DNA from: a bacterium
GTDB taxonomy: Bacteria; Oederibacteriota; JAJYGY01; DAIDJD01
Assembly (NCBI GenBank): GCA_035485275.1
Contig: DATHOE010000019.1
Coordinates: forward strand, 27,373-91,372
Direction: 5' to 3'
DNA: 64,000 nt
Of this stretch, positions 1 to 8,632 are shown one piece after another; positions within the stretch are counted from its first letter, which is position 1, and each line of letters starts with the position of its first letter. The notes beneath the pieces were generated by a model. That model was not told where the DNA came from. It saw nothing but the letters and a program-made list of their open reading frames with translations, and searched no databases. The translations under genes were made by a program, and so were the position numbers.

Positions 1-1
1 G

Positions 2-763
2 AGCATCACGGACGTGTGGGTGGAGCATGAGAAATGCGGGTATTGGATGAACAAGGGCTCGGCCGTGTCCAACGGCATGACCATCACCGGCTGCCGCTTC
101 CGCGACCTATACGCCGACGGCGTGAACATGAACCAGGGTGCCAGCAACTGCCTGGTGACGCAGTGCAATCTGCGCAACACCGGAGACGACTCGCTCGCAG
201 CCTGGAGCACCGGCGCCTCGGACGTCAACGACACCTTCTCCTTCAACACCGTCCAGAACCCCTGGCGCGCGGACTGCTTCGCGCTTTACGGCGGCACCAG
301 CAACGTCATCGAGAACAACATCTGTTCCGACACCCTGGACCAGTCCGGGGTCATGGTGGACCAGGGTTTCAGCTCCGAGGCTTTCGCGGGCAATTCCGTG
401 ATCCAGAACAACGACATCATCCGGGCGGGCGCCCTGTTCGGAGGTTCCCAGTACGGGGCCGTGGACCTGTGGGGCAATGATTTCGGCCTGGCCGGGGCCT
501 TCACCTTCCTGGATAACCTGATCCAGTCCTCGACCTACATGGCGGTCGAGTTCAACGGCAATGATTCCTCCAACGGCACGAGCGGCCACGACGCCAGCGG
601 GGCGACCTTCACGGGAACCACGATCAACAACGCAGGGAGCTGGGCGGTCCAGGTGATGAGCGGCACGAGCGGGACAGCCACCTTCAACACCACGACGGTG
701 AACAGCCCGGGTTCAGGGAACACCGTGAATTCCGGCACCATGACCCTGAACGGGGATCCCTAG
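2..763 (+). CDS. Right-handed beta-helix carbohydrate-active-enzyme-like protein, C-terminal part (5' end lies outside the window)
   Basis: The frame is open from nt 2, so the gene is cut by the window edge. The translation shows PbH1-type beta-helix repeats (NCLVTQCNLRNTGDDSLAAWS, VIENNICSD, VIQNNDIIRAG, FLDNLIQSS). The CAZy family cannot be assigned by eye. Confidence 0.45.
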   Translation, partial: SITDVWVEHEKCGYWMNKGSAVSNGMTITGCRFRDLYADGVNMNQGASNCLVTQCNLRNTGDDSLAAWSTGASDVNDTFSFNTVQNPWRADCFALYGGTSNVIENNICSDTLDQSGVMVDQGFSSEAFAGNSVIQNNDIIRAGALFGGSQYGAVDLWGNDFGLAGAFTFLDNLIQSSTYMAVEFNGNDSSNGTSGHDASGATFTGTTINNAGSWAVQVMSGTSGTATFNTTTVNSPGSGNTVNSGTMTLNGDP

Positions 764-952
764 AGTCCCGCATCGCGGCACACCGAAAGACCGCTTTATG
801 AAACATTCCGATCGCCGTGCGCGGTGCAAAAAATAGGACAATTTACCATATTATAGTGACGACACCCCCGAGGGACGAAACTATGCTCCTAGCGTCCGCT
901 TGGATGAATGGATGGGAGTTCTCGGCGGCTTAACCGTAGGGGAGAGAGACCA

Positions 953-3900
953 ATGCGCAACGGCATCAAATGGTTGAACGCGCTGTTTATTCTTTTGTTT
1001 GTCGTGATTCCGCTGTGCGCATTCGCGTTCCCTTTTTGGCTTAGCGCGCCGACAAGAAGCAATCCCCACGACCCCATGAGCCCCTATTTCCACCTGACCG
1101 CCCAGGCCATCGTCGCGAGCCTGACGCCGACCTCCCCCGCCGGAAGCACGCCGACCCGAACGGCCTCGGCCACCCCGACCCGCACCCCCAGCCCCACGCC
1201 CACCTTCACGAGCGGAAGCCTGGCGCTGTGCACGACGACGGACCACCTGGACCTGCAGGTGTCGACCAGCACCAACGGCCTCGGGGTCAGCGGCTATGAC
1301 CCGTCCCAGCAGGCCTACGAGTATCCCATCTTCAAGATCGTCAACAACAACGCCAGCGCCTCGGTCAACGTGAACAACCTGACCATCGTGGGCTGGTTCA
1401 AGTCCGCGGACACCGGCGTGCCCGGCGCCAGCTGGGGCGGCGCCAACTACCGCACCTGGATCTGGAACGCCAGCAGCGGCGTGGATACGGTGGCCTCGAA
1501 CTGCTCCAGCGGCGTGGCGGCCACGGCCGTGGAGACCTCGGGAAGCTACGGCAGCATGCAGGAGCAGGTGACCATCTCCTTCAACGCCACGGGGGTGGTG
1601 ATCCCCGCGGGCGAGTTCATGCTGGCCGGCGGCGGAAATCCCTTCAGCGCAGGGGTGCCCCTGTTCCAGTTCAGCACCCCGGGCACCATCTTCGACCCCG
1701 GCTTCGGCAACTACTCGAACCTGAGCAGCGGCGGGGTGGTCTACACGCCGCCCTCGACCTACACGAGCAGCTACTACCAGAACCCGGGATGGGTGCTGTA
1801 CGAGAACGGGGACCAGGTCTGCGAGGAAACCGCGCCGGGCGTCAGCGACCCCAGCACGGGCGTCCCCGCCACGGGGGCCACCTGCTCCTGCCCGAGTTCG
1901 GGCGGCGGCGCCACCCCTACGCCCACGCAGACCACGGGCAGCTCCGCCTGCGCCACGACGGACCAGTTGGACCTGCAGGTGTCGACCAGCACCAACGGCC
2001 TCGGGGTCAGCGGCTATGACCCGTCCCAGCAGGCCTACGAATACCCCATCTTCAAGATCGTCAACAACGACCCCAGCACGGCGGTCAACGTGAACAACCT
2101 GACCATCGTGGGCTGGTTCAAGTCCGCGGACACCGGCGTGCCCGGCGCCAGCTGGGGCGGCGCCAACTACCGCACCTGGATCTGGAACGCCAGCACCGGC
2201 GTGGACACGGTCGCCTCGAACTGCCCCAGCGGCGTGGCGGCCACGGCCGTGGAGACCTCGGGAAGCTACGGCAGCATGCAGGAGCAGGTGACCATCTCCT
2301 TCAACGCCACGGGAGTGGTGATCCCCGCGGGCGAGTTCATGCTGGCCGGCGGCGGCAATCCCTTCAGCGCCGCGGTGCCGCTGTTCCAGTTCAACACCCC
2401 GGGCACCATCTTCGACCCCGGCTTCGGCAACTACTCGAACCTGAGCAGCGGCGGGGTGGTGTACACGCCGCCCTCGGCCTTCACCAGCAGCTACTACCAG
2501 AACCCGGGATGGGTGCTGTACGAGAACGGGGAGCAGGTCTGCGAGTGGACCGACTCCGCGACCAAGGACACCAGCACGGGCGTCCCGGCGACCGGGGTCA
2601 GCTGCTCCTGCGCCTCCGAGGTGCCGCCCAACAACCCGACCGCCACGCCCACGCCGAGCTTCACGGCCCCCTCGGCCTTCAGCGCCACGCCCAGCGCCAC
2701 GCCGAGCCTCACCATGAGCGCCACGCCGACGCCCACGGCGACGTTCACGTCGAGCCTGCCGGTCTGCGTGACGACGGACGCGCTGGACCTGCAGGTGTCC
2801 ACCAGCAACAACGGCAACGCCACGGTGAGCACCTATGATCCCTCGCAGCAGGCCTACGAATACCCGATCTTCAAGATCGTCAACAACTCGGCCGGCGCGG
2901 TGAACGTCAACACCCTGAGCATCAAGGGCTGGTTCAATTCCAACGACACCGGGATCACGAGCGGCTGGGGCGGCGAAAACTACCGCAGCTGGATCTGGAA
3001 CGCCGCCGGTGTCGAGGATTCCACGAACTGCCCCAGCGGCGTCGCCTGCACCGCGGTTTTGGCGGCGGGCAGCTACGGGACCATGGGCGAGCAGATCACG
3101 TTCACCTTCACGACCTCGGGCGTGGCGCTTCCCGCGGGCGAGTTCCTGCTGGCGGGCGGCGGCAATCCCTTCGGGGCCGGTACGCCCCTCTTCCAGCTGA
3201 GCACGCCAGGGACGATCTTCGACCCCGGCTTCGCGAACTACTCGAACCTGGACTACGGCAACTCGGGGGTCGTGTACACGCCACCGGCTTCGGCCACGAG
3301 CGCCTACTACCAGAACCCCGGCTGGGTCCTGTACGAGAACGGGAACCAGGTCTGCGAGTACACCAGCACCGGCGCGGATCCGAAGACGGGTATACCGGCG
3401 ACGGGGGCGACATGCTCCTGCCCGATCCCCACGCCCACCAACACGCCGCCGGCCTGCGCGGCCACGGACTCGCTGGACCTGCAGGTGTCCACCAGCAACA
3501 ACGGCAACGCCACGGTGAGCACCTACGATCCCTCGCAGCAGGCCTACGAATACCCGATCTTCAAGATCGTGAACAACAACGCCACCGCGGCGGTGAACGT
3601 CAACACCCTGGTCATCAAGGGCTGGTTCAATTCCGCGGACACCGGGATCACCAGCGGCTGGGGCGGTGAGAACTACCGCAGCTGGATCTGGAACACCGGC
3701 GGCGTGGAGGATTCCACGAACTGCCCCAGCGGCGTCGCCTGCACCGCGGTTTTGGCCGCGGGCAGCTACGGGACCATGGGCGAGCAGATCACGATCACCT
3801 TCACGACCTCGGGCGTGGCGCTTCCCGCGGGCGAGTTCCTGCTGGCGGGCGGCGGCAATCCCTTCGGCGCGGGGGTGCCGCTGTTCCAGTTGAGCACTCC

Positions 3901-4120
3901 GGGGACGATCTTCGACCCCGGCTTCGCGAACTACTCGAACCTGGACTACGGCAACTCGGGGGTCGTGTACACGCCGCCGGCTTCGGCCACGAGCGCCTAT
4001 TACCAGAATCCCGGCTGGGTCCTGTACGAGAACGGGAACCAGGTCTGCGAGGTCACGGGTTCCGGCGCGGATCCGACCACGGGTGTCCCGGCGACGGGGG
4101 CGACCTGCTCCTGCCCCTAG
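953..4120 (+). CDS. Secreted or membrane-anchored protein with four tandem CBM3-like beta-sandwich modules joined by Pro/Thr/Ser linkers; no catalytic domain seen
   Basis: Start placed at ATG 953, preceded by GGGGAGAGAG; it gives a hydrophobic N-terminus (MRNGIKWLNALFILLFVVIPLCAFAF). There are four modules of 230-240 aa. Each starts with Cys, ends with C-x-C-P, and carries YEYPIFKIVNN, NLTIVGWF/LSIKGWF and GWVLYENG motifs reminiscent of CBM3. The gene itself is certain; the CBM assignment is by-eye similarity. Confidence 0.6.
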   Translation: MRNGIKWLNALFILLFVVIPLCAFAFPFWLSAPTRSNPHDPMSPYFHLTAQAIVASLTPTSPAGSTPTRTASATPTRTPSPTPTFTSGSLALCTTTDHLDLQVSTSTNGLGVSGYDPSQQAYEYPIFKIVNNNASASVNVNNLTIVGWFKSADTGVPGASWGGANYRTWIWNASSGVDTVASNCSSGVAATAVETSGSYGSMQEQVTISFNATGVVIPAGEFMLAGGGNPFSAGVPLFQFSTPGTIFDPGFGNYSNLSSGGVVYTPPSTYTSSYYQNPGWVLYENGDQVCEETAPGVSDPSTGVPATGATCSCPSSGGGATPTPTQTTGSSACATTDQLDLQVSTSTNGLGVSGYDPSQQAYEYPIFKIVNNDPSTAVNVNNLTIVGWFKSADTGVPGASWGGANYRTWIWNASTGVDTVASNCPSGVAATAVETSGSYGSMQEQVTISFNATGVVIPAGEFMLAGGGNPFSAAVPLFQFNTPGTIFDPGFGNYSNLSSGGVVYTPPSAFTSSYYQNPGWVLYENGEQVCEWTDSATKDTSTGVPATGVSCSCASEVPPNNPTATPTPSFTAPSAFSATPSATPSLTMSATPTPTATFTSSLPVCVTTDALDLQVSTSNNGNATVSTYDPSQQAYEYPIFKIVNNSAGAVNVNTLSIKGWFNSNDTGITSGWGGENYRSWIWNAAGVEDSTNCPSGVACTAVLAAGSYGTMGEQITFTFTTSGVALPAGEFLLAGGGNPFGAGTPLFQLSTPGTIFDPGFANYSNLDYGNSGVVYTPPASATSAYYQNPGWVLYENGNQVCEYTSTGADPKTGIPATGATCSCPIPTPTNTPPACAATDSLDLQVSTSNNGNATVSTYDPSQQAYEYPIFKIVNNNATAAVNVNTLVIKGWFNSADTGITSGWGGENYRSWIWNTGGVEDSTNCPSGVACTAVLAAGSYGTMGEQITITFTTSGVALPAGEFLLAGGGNPFGAGVPLFQLSTPGTIFDPGFANYSNLDYGNSGVVYTPPASATSAYYQNPGWVLYENGNQVCEVTGSGADPTTGVPATGATCSCP
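1229..2611 (+). repeat. Tandem direct repeat, two units with a 720-nt period (modules 1 and 2 of the CBM3-like protein), near-identical at DNA level
   Basis: Unit starts (TGC codons) are at 1229 and 1949. Long stretches are identical, for example 1249-1320 versus 1969-2040 and 1381-1500 versus 2101-2220. Confidence 0.9.
2765..4117 (+). repeat. Tandem direct repeat, two units with a 690-nt period (modules 3 and 4), near-identical at DNA level
   Basis: Unit starts are at 2765 and 3455. For example, 2774-2880 versus 3464-3570 differ at only a few positions. Confidence 0.9.
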
Positions 4121-4153
4121 GGGTCTCCGTTCGGGACAGCCGGTCTTTTCAAG

Positions 4154-4193
4154 AAAAGGGGAGGGAGTCGGAAGACTCCCTCCCCTTTTGTTT
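4154..4193 (+). terminator. Rho-independent terminator after the CBM3-like gene
   Basis: Perfect 16-bp stem AAAAGGGGAGGGAGTC / GACTCCCTCCCCTTTT with a GGAA loop, ending in and followed by T residues. Confidence 0.85.
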
Positions 4194-4269
4194 GCGGAAA
4201 ATTTGGCCTAAGATGGGGCCCCAAGGCACCCGCATTCGCCGAAAACCGCCCACCCCGACCAAGGAATCC

Positions 4270-5214
4270 ATGCGCACCCAGACTTTAGGCAAAAGCACCC
4301 TTGAAAGCAGCCGCCTGTCCTACGGCTGCATGCGCATCAGCGGGGCCTGGGACCCCGCCGAGGTCACGACGGACATGGAACGCAGGGGGATCCAGGCGCT
4401 CCTCTGCGCCCTGGAGGCCGGCTACACCCTGTTCGACCACGCGGACATATACGGGGGAGGCCTCTGCGAAAGCATCTACGGCAAGGCCCTGAAGGAATCC
4501 GCGGAGCTCAAGCGGCGGGGCCTGGTCGCCACGAAATGCGGCATCCGCTGGCAGGGCGACCCCGGCCCGGACGCCCCCCACCGTTACGATTTCTCCTACG
4601 AACACATCGTCTGGTCCTGCGAGCAATCCCTCCGCCGGCTGGGCGTGGAGCGCATCGACTTGTACCAGCTGCACCGGCCCGATTTCCTGGCCGACCCGGC
4701 CGAGATAGCGCGGGCCTTCGCCCTGCTGCACTCCCAGGGCAAGGTGCGGTATTTCGGGGTGAGCAATTTCTCCCCCAGCCTGCTCAGCGCGGTGCAGTCC
4801 GCCTGCCCCATGCCCCTGATCGTCAACCAGGTGGAGATCCACCTGGGCCGCTTGGCCCCCTTCGAGGACGGCACCCTGGACCAATGCCTGGCCCTTGGCC
4901 TCACACCCCTGGCCTATGCCCCCCTGGCCGGGGGCCTGCTGGGCGACGGCGGGCGGCCCGGCCACCAGGACCCCCGCCGGGACTTTTGGACCGGTATGTT
5001 GCAGACCCTCGACGCCATGGCCCTGGCCCTTGGGGTCAGCCGGACCGTCCTGAGCCTCGCCTGGCTGCTGAAGCACCCCTCCAAGATCATCCCCATCGTC
5101 GGCACGATCCAGCCCGAGCGCATCCGCGACGCCGCCCGCGCGGACGACCTGGATCTGAGCCGGGAGGACTGGTATCGACTGCTCCTGGCCGCACGCGCGA
5201 AGTCCCTGCCCTGA
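4270..5214 (+). CDS. Aldo/keto reductase family oxidoreductase
   Basis: AKR motifs LFDHADIYGGG, LYQLHRPD and GVSNFS. Start moved to ATG 4270 (AAGGAA upstream), because the 26 aa upstream in the ORF track are an Arg/Pro-rich extension. Confidence 0.8.
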   Translation: MRTQTLGKSTLESSRLSYGCMRISGAWDPAEVTTDMERRGIQALLCALEAGYTLFDHADIYGGGLCESIYGKALKESAELKRRGLVATKCGIRWQGDPGPDAPHRYDFSYEHIVWSCEQSLRRLGVERIDLYQLHRPDFLADPAEIARAFALLHSQGKVRYFGVSNFSPSLLSAVQSACPMPLIVNQVEIHLGRLAPFEDGTLDQCLALGLTPLAYAPLAGGLLGDGGRPGHQDPRRDFWTGMLQTLDAMALALGVSRTVLSLAWLLKHPSKIIPIVGTIQPERIRDAARADDLDLSREDWYRLLLAARAKSLP

Positions 5215-5272
5215 AGGCGCGCGGCCCGACCAGGCTCGACAAGGTTTTCTCCTCCCCCATTAAGAGGTTTCC

Positions 5273-6244
5273 GTGGAATACACGCAATTAGGCCGCACCG
5301 GCCTCAAGGTCAGCCGCCTGTGCCTGGGCACCATGAACTGGCCCTGGCTCACCACCGAACCCGAAGCCTACGACATCATGGACCGCTCGCTGGAGGTCGG
5401 GATCAATTTCTTCGACAGCGCCAACATCTACGGCGGAAAGATGGGCGAAGGCCTGACCGAACAGGTGATCGGACGCTGGTTCCGCCAGGGCGGCGGGCGC
5501 CGCGAGAAAGTGGTGCTGGCCACCAAGGTGTACAACCCCATGGGCGAGTGGCCCAACCAGCGCGGCCTGTCCGCCCTGCACATACGGCAGGCCTGCGAGG
5601 ACAGCCTCAAGCGCCTGCATACCGACCACATCGACCTCTACCAGATGCACCACGTCGACCGGTCCACCCCCTGGGAGGAGATCTGGCAGGCCATGCAGCA
5701 GCTGGTCCAGGCGGGGAAGGTGATCTACGTGGGCTCGTCCAATTTCGCCGGATGGCACATCGCCCAGGCCAACGAGGCCGCCAAGAGCCGGAATTTCATG
5801 GGCCTGGTCTGCGAACAGACCCGCTACAACCTGCTCTGCCGCACCCCCGAACTGGAGGTGGTCCCGGCCTGCGAAGGCTACGGAGTGGGGCTGATCCCTT
5901 GGGGCCCGCTCATGGGCGGCGTTCTGGCCGGAGCCGCGGCCAAGGCCAAAAGCGGCCGGCGCGGGGACGCGAACGCCGCGCGCGACCTGAAGAAGAACCT
6001 GTCCCGGGTGCAGGCCTACGAGCGTTACTGCGCCAAGCAAAAGGTCGATCCGGCCCAGTTGGCCCTGGCTTGGCTGCTCCACCAGAAGGTCGTCACTGCG
6101 CCCATCATCGGGCCGCGCACCGTGGGCCAGGTCGACACCGCCCTGAAGGCGCTCAAGTTGAAGCTTTCCTCCGACGTGCTGAAGAAGTTGGACGAGATTT
6201 TCCCCGGTCCCGGAGCCCCGGCGCCGGAGGCCTACGCCTGGTGA
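5273..6244 (+). CDS. Aldo/keto reductase family oxidoreductase (second, tandem paralogue)
   Basis: GTG start. Motifs LGTMNW, FFDSANIYG, DLYQMHHVD and GSSNFAGW are typical of AKRs. Confidence 0.85.
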   Translation: MEYTQLGRTGLKVSRLCLGTMNWPWLTTEPEAYDIMDRSLEVGINFFDSANIYGGKMGEGLTEQVIGRWFRQGGGRREKVVLATKVYNPMGEWPNQRGLSALHIRQACEDSLKRLHTDHIDLYQMHHVDRSTPWEEIWQAMQQLVQAGKVIYVGSSNFAGWHIAQANEAAKSRNFMGLVCEQTRYNLLCRTPELEVVPACEGYGVGLIPWGPLMGGVLAGAAAKAKSGRRGDANAARDLKKNLSRVQAYERYCAKQKVDPAQLALAWLLHQKVVTAPIIGPRTVGQVDTALKALKLKLSSDVLKKLDEIFPGPGAPAPEAYAW

Positions 6245-6374
6245 GCTGGGGGCCGCCGCGCAATCCCTAAGGTCGCGCTTCGGCCTCCTCCTGTTTGAAG
6301 GCCTGCTCATCGCGGGCCTGATCGTTCTGCGTCTTGCCGCGTCCGATCTGGGCACATCCCCGGCCGCGGCTTGT

Positions 6375-7982
6375 TTGGAATTTTCGGCGTCCCTTGCCGG
6401 CCTGTGGCTCCTTTTCCGCTGGAGCCGCGGGCCGGCCCTTAGCCCCGCCCTCCAAGATCCCGACGGCGTGTTCTGGACCGCATTGCTGTGGGGACTGGGC
6501 CTTTATGCGGCCCTGGTCCTCCTCCAGGAGAGCGTCCGCATAGACGGCCTGCGCTACTTTTGGCTGGAGGACGACGCCATGGTGTCCATGCGCTATGGCG
6601 CCCGTTTGGCCGCGGGCAAGGGCCTCACCTGGACGGACGGAAGCCGGGTCCAGGGCTACAGCAACTTTTTGTGGACCCTGGCCATGGCGCTGATCCACTG
6701 GGCCGGGTCCTCCAAGGCGCTGGCATCGGCCTGGGTGCTGGCCCTCAATGCCGCGTGCCTGGCATGGCTGGCCTCGGCGGTGCGGCGCTTGAGCCTGGGG
6801 ATGGGCGCCTCCGCCATGACGGCCGCCTTGGCGGGCCTGGCCTGCGCCCTGTCCTACGACCTCATGGACGGGGCCCTGAGCGGACTGGAAATGGTCGCGG
6901 TCTCCGCAGTCATGGCCGAGGCCCTGGCGCAGGGCCTGCGGGCCGAAAGGGAAGGCCGCGCCTGGCCTTGGCGTACCTTCGCCTTGGCCGGGCTCCTTCC
7001 TTTGTTGCGGAGCGACGGCGCGCTTCCGGCGGTGCTGGTCCTGTGCCTGGGACTGCGGCGCCGGCCGGGCGCGGGCCGGGTCCTGGCGGCCTGCCTGCTG
7101 GCCCTGGGTCCGGGTCTGGCGCAGGCCTGCTTCAGCCACGCCTATTACGGCGACTGGCTGCCCAACACCTACTATTTGAAGCGGGATTATTGGCCCGGGA
7201 AATATGGGGATGGGGCCCTGAAGCTGGCCCAGGCGCTGGGGCGTTATCCCCTGGTCCTGGCCGCCGCGCTGGCGGCCCTAGGCTTCCGGGCATTGCGTCC
7301 CTGGGTCGCAACACTGGCGGCGCTGGCCCTGTATTGCGTTTGGACCGGCGCGGATTACTACACTTTTTTGCGTTTTTTCGCCCCGGGATGGCCGCTGTTT
7401 TTCGCCCTCGGCTTCGCCGCGTCCGACCGGCTGAGCTTCGGCCGCTTGGGCGCCTGGCCCGCCCTGGCCCTGCTCCTGTTTTCCGCGAACACGGTCTGGG
7501 CCTTTCCCACGCTGCTTCAGTCCGGCTGGGAAGGGGCGCAGGAGCGTCTGCGGGTGGCCCTGTACCTGGAGCGCAACATCCCCCCGGACCAGAGCCTCGC
7601 GAGCGCCTGGGCAGGGACCTTCTTTTATTTCAGCGGCCTTCCGGGCGTGGATCTGCTGGGCAAGTGCGATCCGGTGGTGGCACGGAGCAGGCCCGATCCC
7701 AGCCTGGGCGGCTCCGGCCACAACAAGCTGGATCTGGACCGCTCCCTAGGGCTTCTCAAACCCGATTGGGTCCTCCTGCCGGCGCCCTCCTTTTCCTCCG
7801 CCGACCGGGCCTACCTGATCTCCCCCTATGACCAGCGCATCGCGGCGGATCCCCGCTTCATGGCCGCCTGCCTGCCCCATTTGCGCCAGATTTCCGACCA
7901 TTGGACCCTCTGCCACTGTGTATGGGCTCAGGCCCAAAAAACGCCATTTCAGTCCAAAAAAAGCGCCAAATACGCCCAATAA
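6375..7982 (+). CDS. Polytopic membrane protein, GT-C-like glycosyltransferase candidate
   Basis: About 10 or more hydrophobic helices. An N-terminal loop motif WLEDDAMVSMRYGARLAAGKGLTW resembles the acidic first-loop motif of GT-C membrane glycosyltransferases. The TTG start is uncertain. Confidence 0.5.
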   Translation: MEFSASLAGLWLLFRWSRGPALSPALQDPDGVFWTALLWGLGLYAALVLLQESVRIDGLRYFWLEDDAMVSMRYGARLAAGKGLTWTDGSRVQGYSNFLWTLAMALIHWAGSSKALASAWVLALNAACLAWLASAVRRLSLGMGASAMTAALAGLACALSYDLMDGALSGLEMVAVSAVMAEALAQGLRAEREGRAWPWRTFALAGLLPLLRSDGALPAVLVLCLGLRRRPGAGRVLAACLLALGPGLAQACFSHAYYGDWLPNTYYLKRDYWPGKYGDGALKLAQALGRYPLVLAAALAALGFRALRPWVATLAALALYCVWTGADYYTFLRFFAPGWPLFFALGFAASDRLSFGRLGAWPALALLLFSANTVWAFPTLLQSGWEGAQERLRVALYLERNIPPDQSLASAWAGTFFYFSGLPGVDLLGKCDPVVARSRPDPSLGGSGHNKLDLDRSLGLLKPDWVLLPAPSFSSADRAYLISPYDQRIAADPRFMAACLPHLRQISDHWTLCHCVWAQAQKTPFQSKKSAKYAQ

Positions 7983-8050
7983 GGGCATAAAAACGGCCAA
8001 AACCATTAAAAAGCCGTTCTGGGCCAGGGTGAAGGGGAGCCGAATCTCCC

Positions 8051-8080
8051 TTGACAAACAAAGCCCGTCATAGAGATAAT
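8051..8080 (+). promoter_or_regulatory. Putative sigma70-type promoter, TTGACA-N18-GATAAT, upstream of greA
   Basis: TTGACA at 8051-8056 and GATAAT at 8075-8080, with 18-nt spacing. Confidence 0.45.
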
Positions 8081-8088
8081 TTTTTTGG

Positions 8089-8136
8089 CCACAGACGGCC
8101 GAAAAAACAGCTTGCCGTCTGTGGTTTGTTTTTTTT
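8089..8136 (+). terminator. Promoter-proximal intrinsic terminator or attenuator in the greA leader
   Basis: Perfect 10-bp stem CCACAGACGG (8089-8098) / CCGTCTGTGG (8115-8124), followed by TTTGTTTTTTTT. It lies between the predicted promoter and the greA ATG at 8162. Confidence 0.6.
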
Positions 8137-8161
8137 GCAATGACGCAACCGGGGCCTGTTC

Positions 8162-8632
8162 ATGGATGATGTTTTTCTGACCTCGCAGGGTTTGGCCAAG
8201 ATGGAGGCCGAATTGCGCGAGCTCAAAATCGTCAAGCGCAAAGAGATCGTGACCGCCATCCAAGAGGCGCGCGCGCAGGGCGACTTGAGCGAAAACGCGG
8301 AGTATGACGCGGCCAAAGAAGCCCAGGCCTACAACGAACGGCGCATCGCCGAGTTGCAGGACACGCTCAACCGCGCCAAGCTCATCGACGAGAACAACAT
8401 ACCCAAGCACAAGGTCTGCATCGGCAAATGGGTGCGCCTGCACAACGCCAAGACGGGCAAAGAGGTGAAGTACCACCTGGTCGCGCCGGAAGAGGCGGAC
8501 TTTTCCGCGGGTCAGCTGAGCATCACCTCCCCCATCGGCAAGGCCCTGGTCGGACGGATCGTCGGCGACGTGGTCGAGGTGCAGGCCCCCGGAGGGGCCA
8601 TCAAATACAAGCTGCTCGAAATGGGCATGTGA
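8162..8632 (+). CDS. greA: Transcription elongation factor GreA
   Basis: LTSQGLAKMEAELRELK...AIQEARAQGDLSENAEYDAAKEAQA is the canonical GreA coiled-coil N-terminus. The length is 156 aa. Confidence 0.95.
   Translation: MDDVFLTSQGLAKMEAELRELKIVKRKEIVTAIQEARAQGDLSENAEYDAAKEAQAYNERRIAELQDTLNRAKLIDENNIPKHKVCIGKWVRLHNAKTGKEVKYHLVAPEEADFSAGQLSITSPIGKALVGRIVGDVVEVQAPGGAIKYKLLEMGM

Noticed and set aside
908-952. Upstream in-frame extensions given by the ORF track (908 for the CBM3-like gene, 4192 for AKR-1; also 8428, 9816, 14668, 21408, 24269, 25758, 30408, 31762, 51181, 53414, 57262, 58073, 61003)
   Set aside because: The extensions overlap the preceding gene or are Arg/Pro-rich with no similarity to the family N-terminus. 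Internal ATG or GTG codons with an SD or a stop-overlap junction give N-termini that match the families.
764-952. Promoter for the CBM3-like gene around the AT-rich stretch aaaaaataggacaatttaccatattatagtg
   Set aside because: TATAGT/TATTAT -10-like hexamers exist, but no -35 element lies at an acceptable spacing (AGGACA is only 8-11 nt away). Not confident enough to annotate.
4270-6244. Tandem aldo/keto reductase paralogues as a possible novel pathway
   Set aside because: Both are ordinary AKR-family members with no clustered partner enzymes. Function is unknowable from sequence, and they are not unusual.
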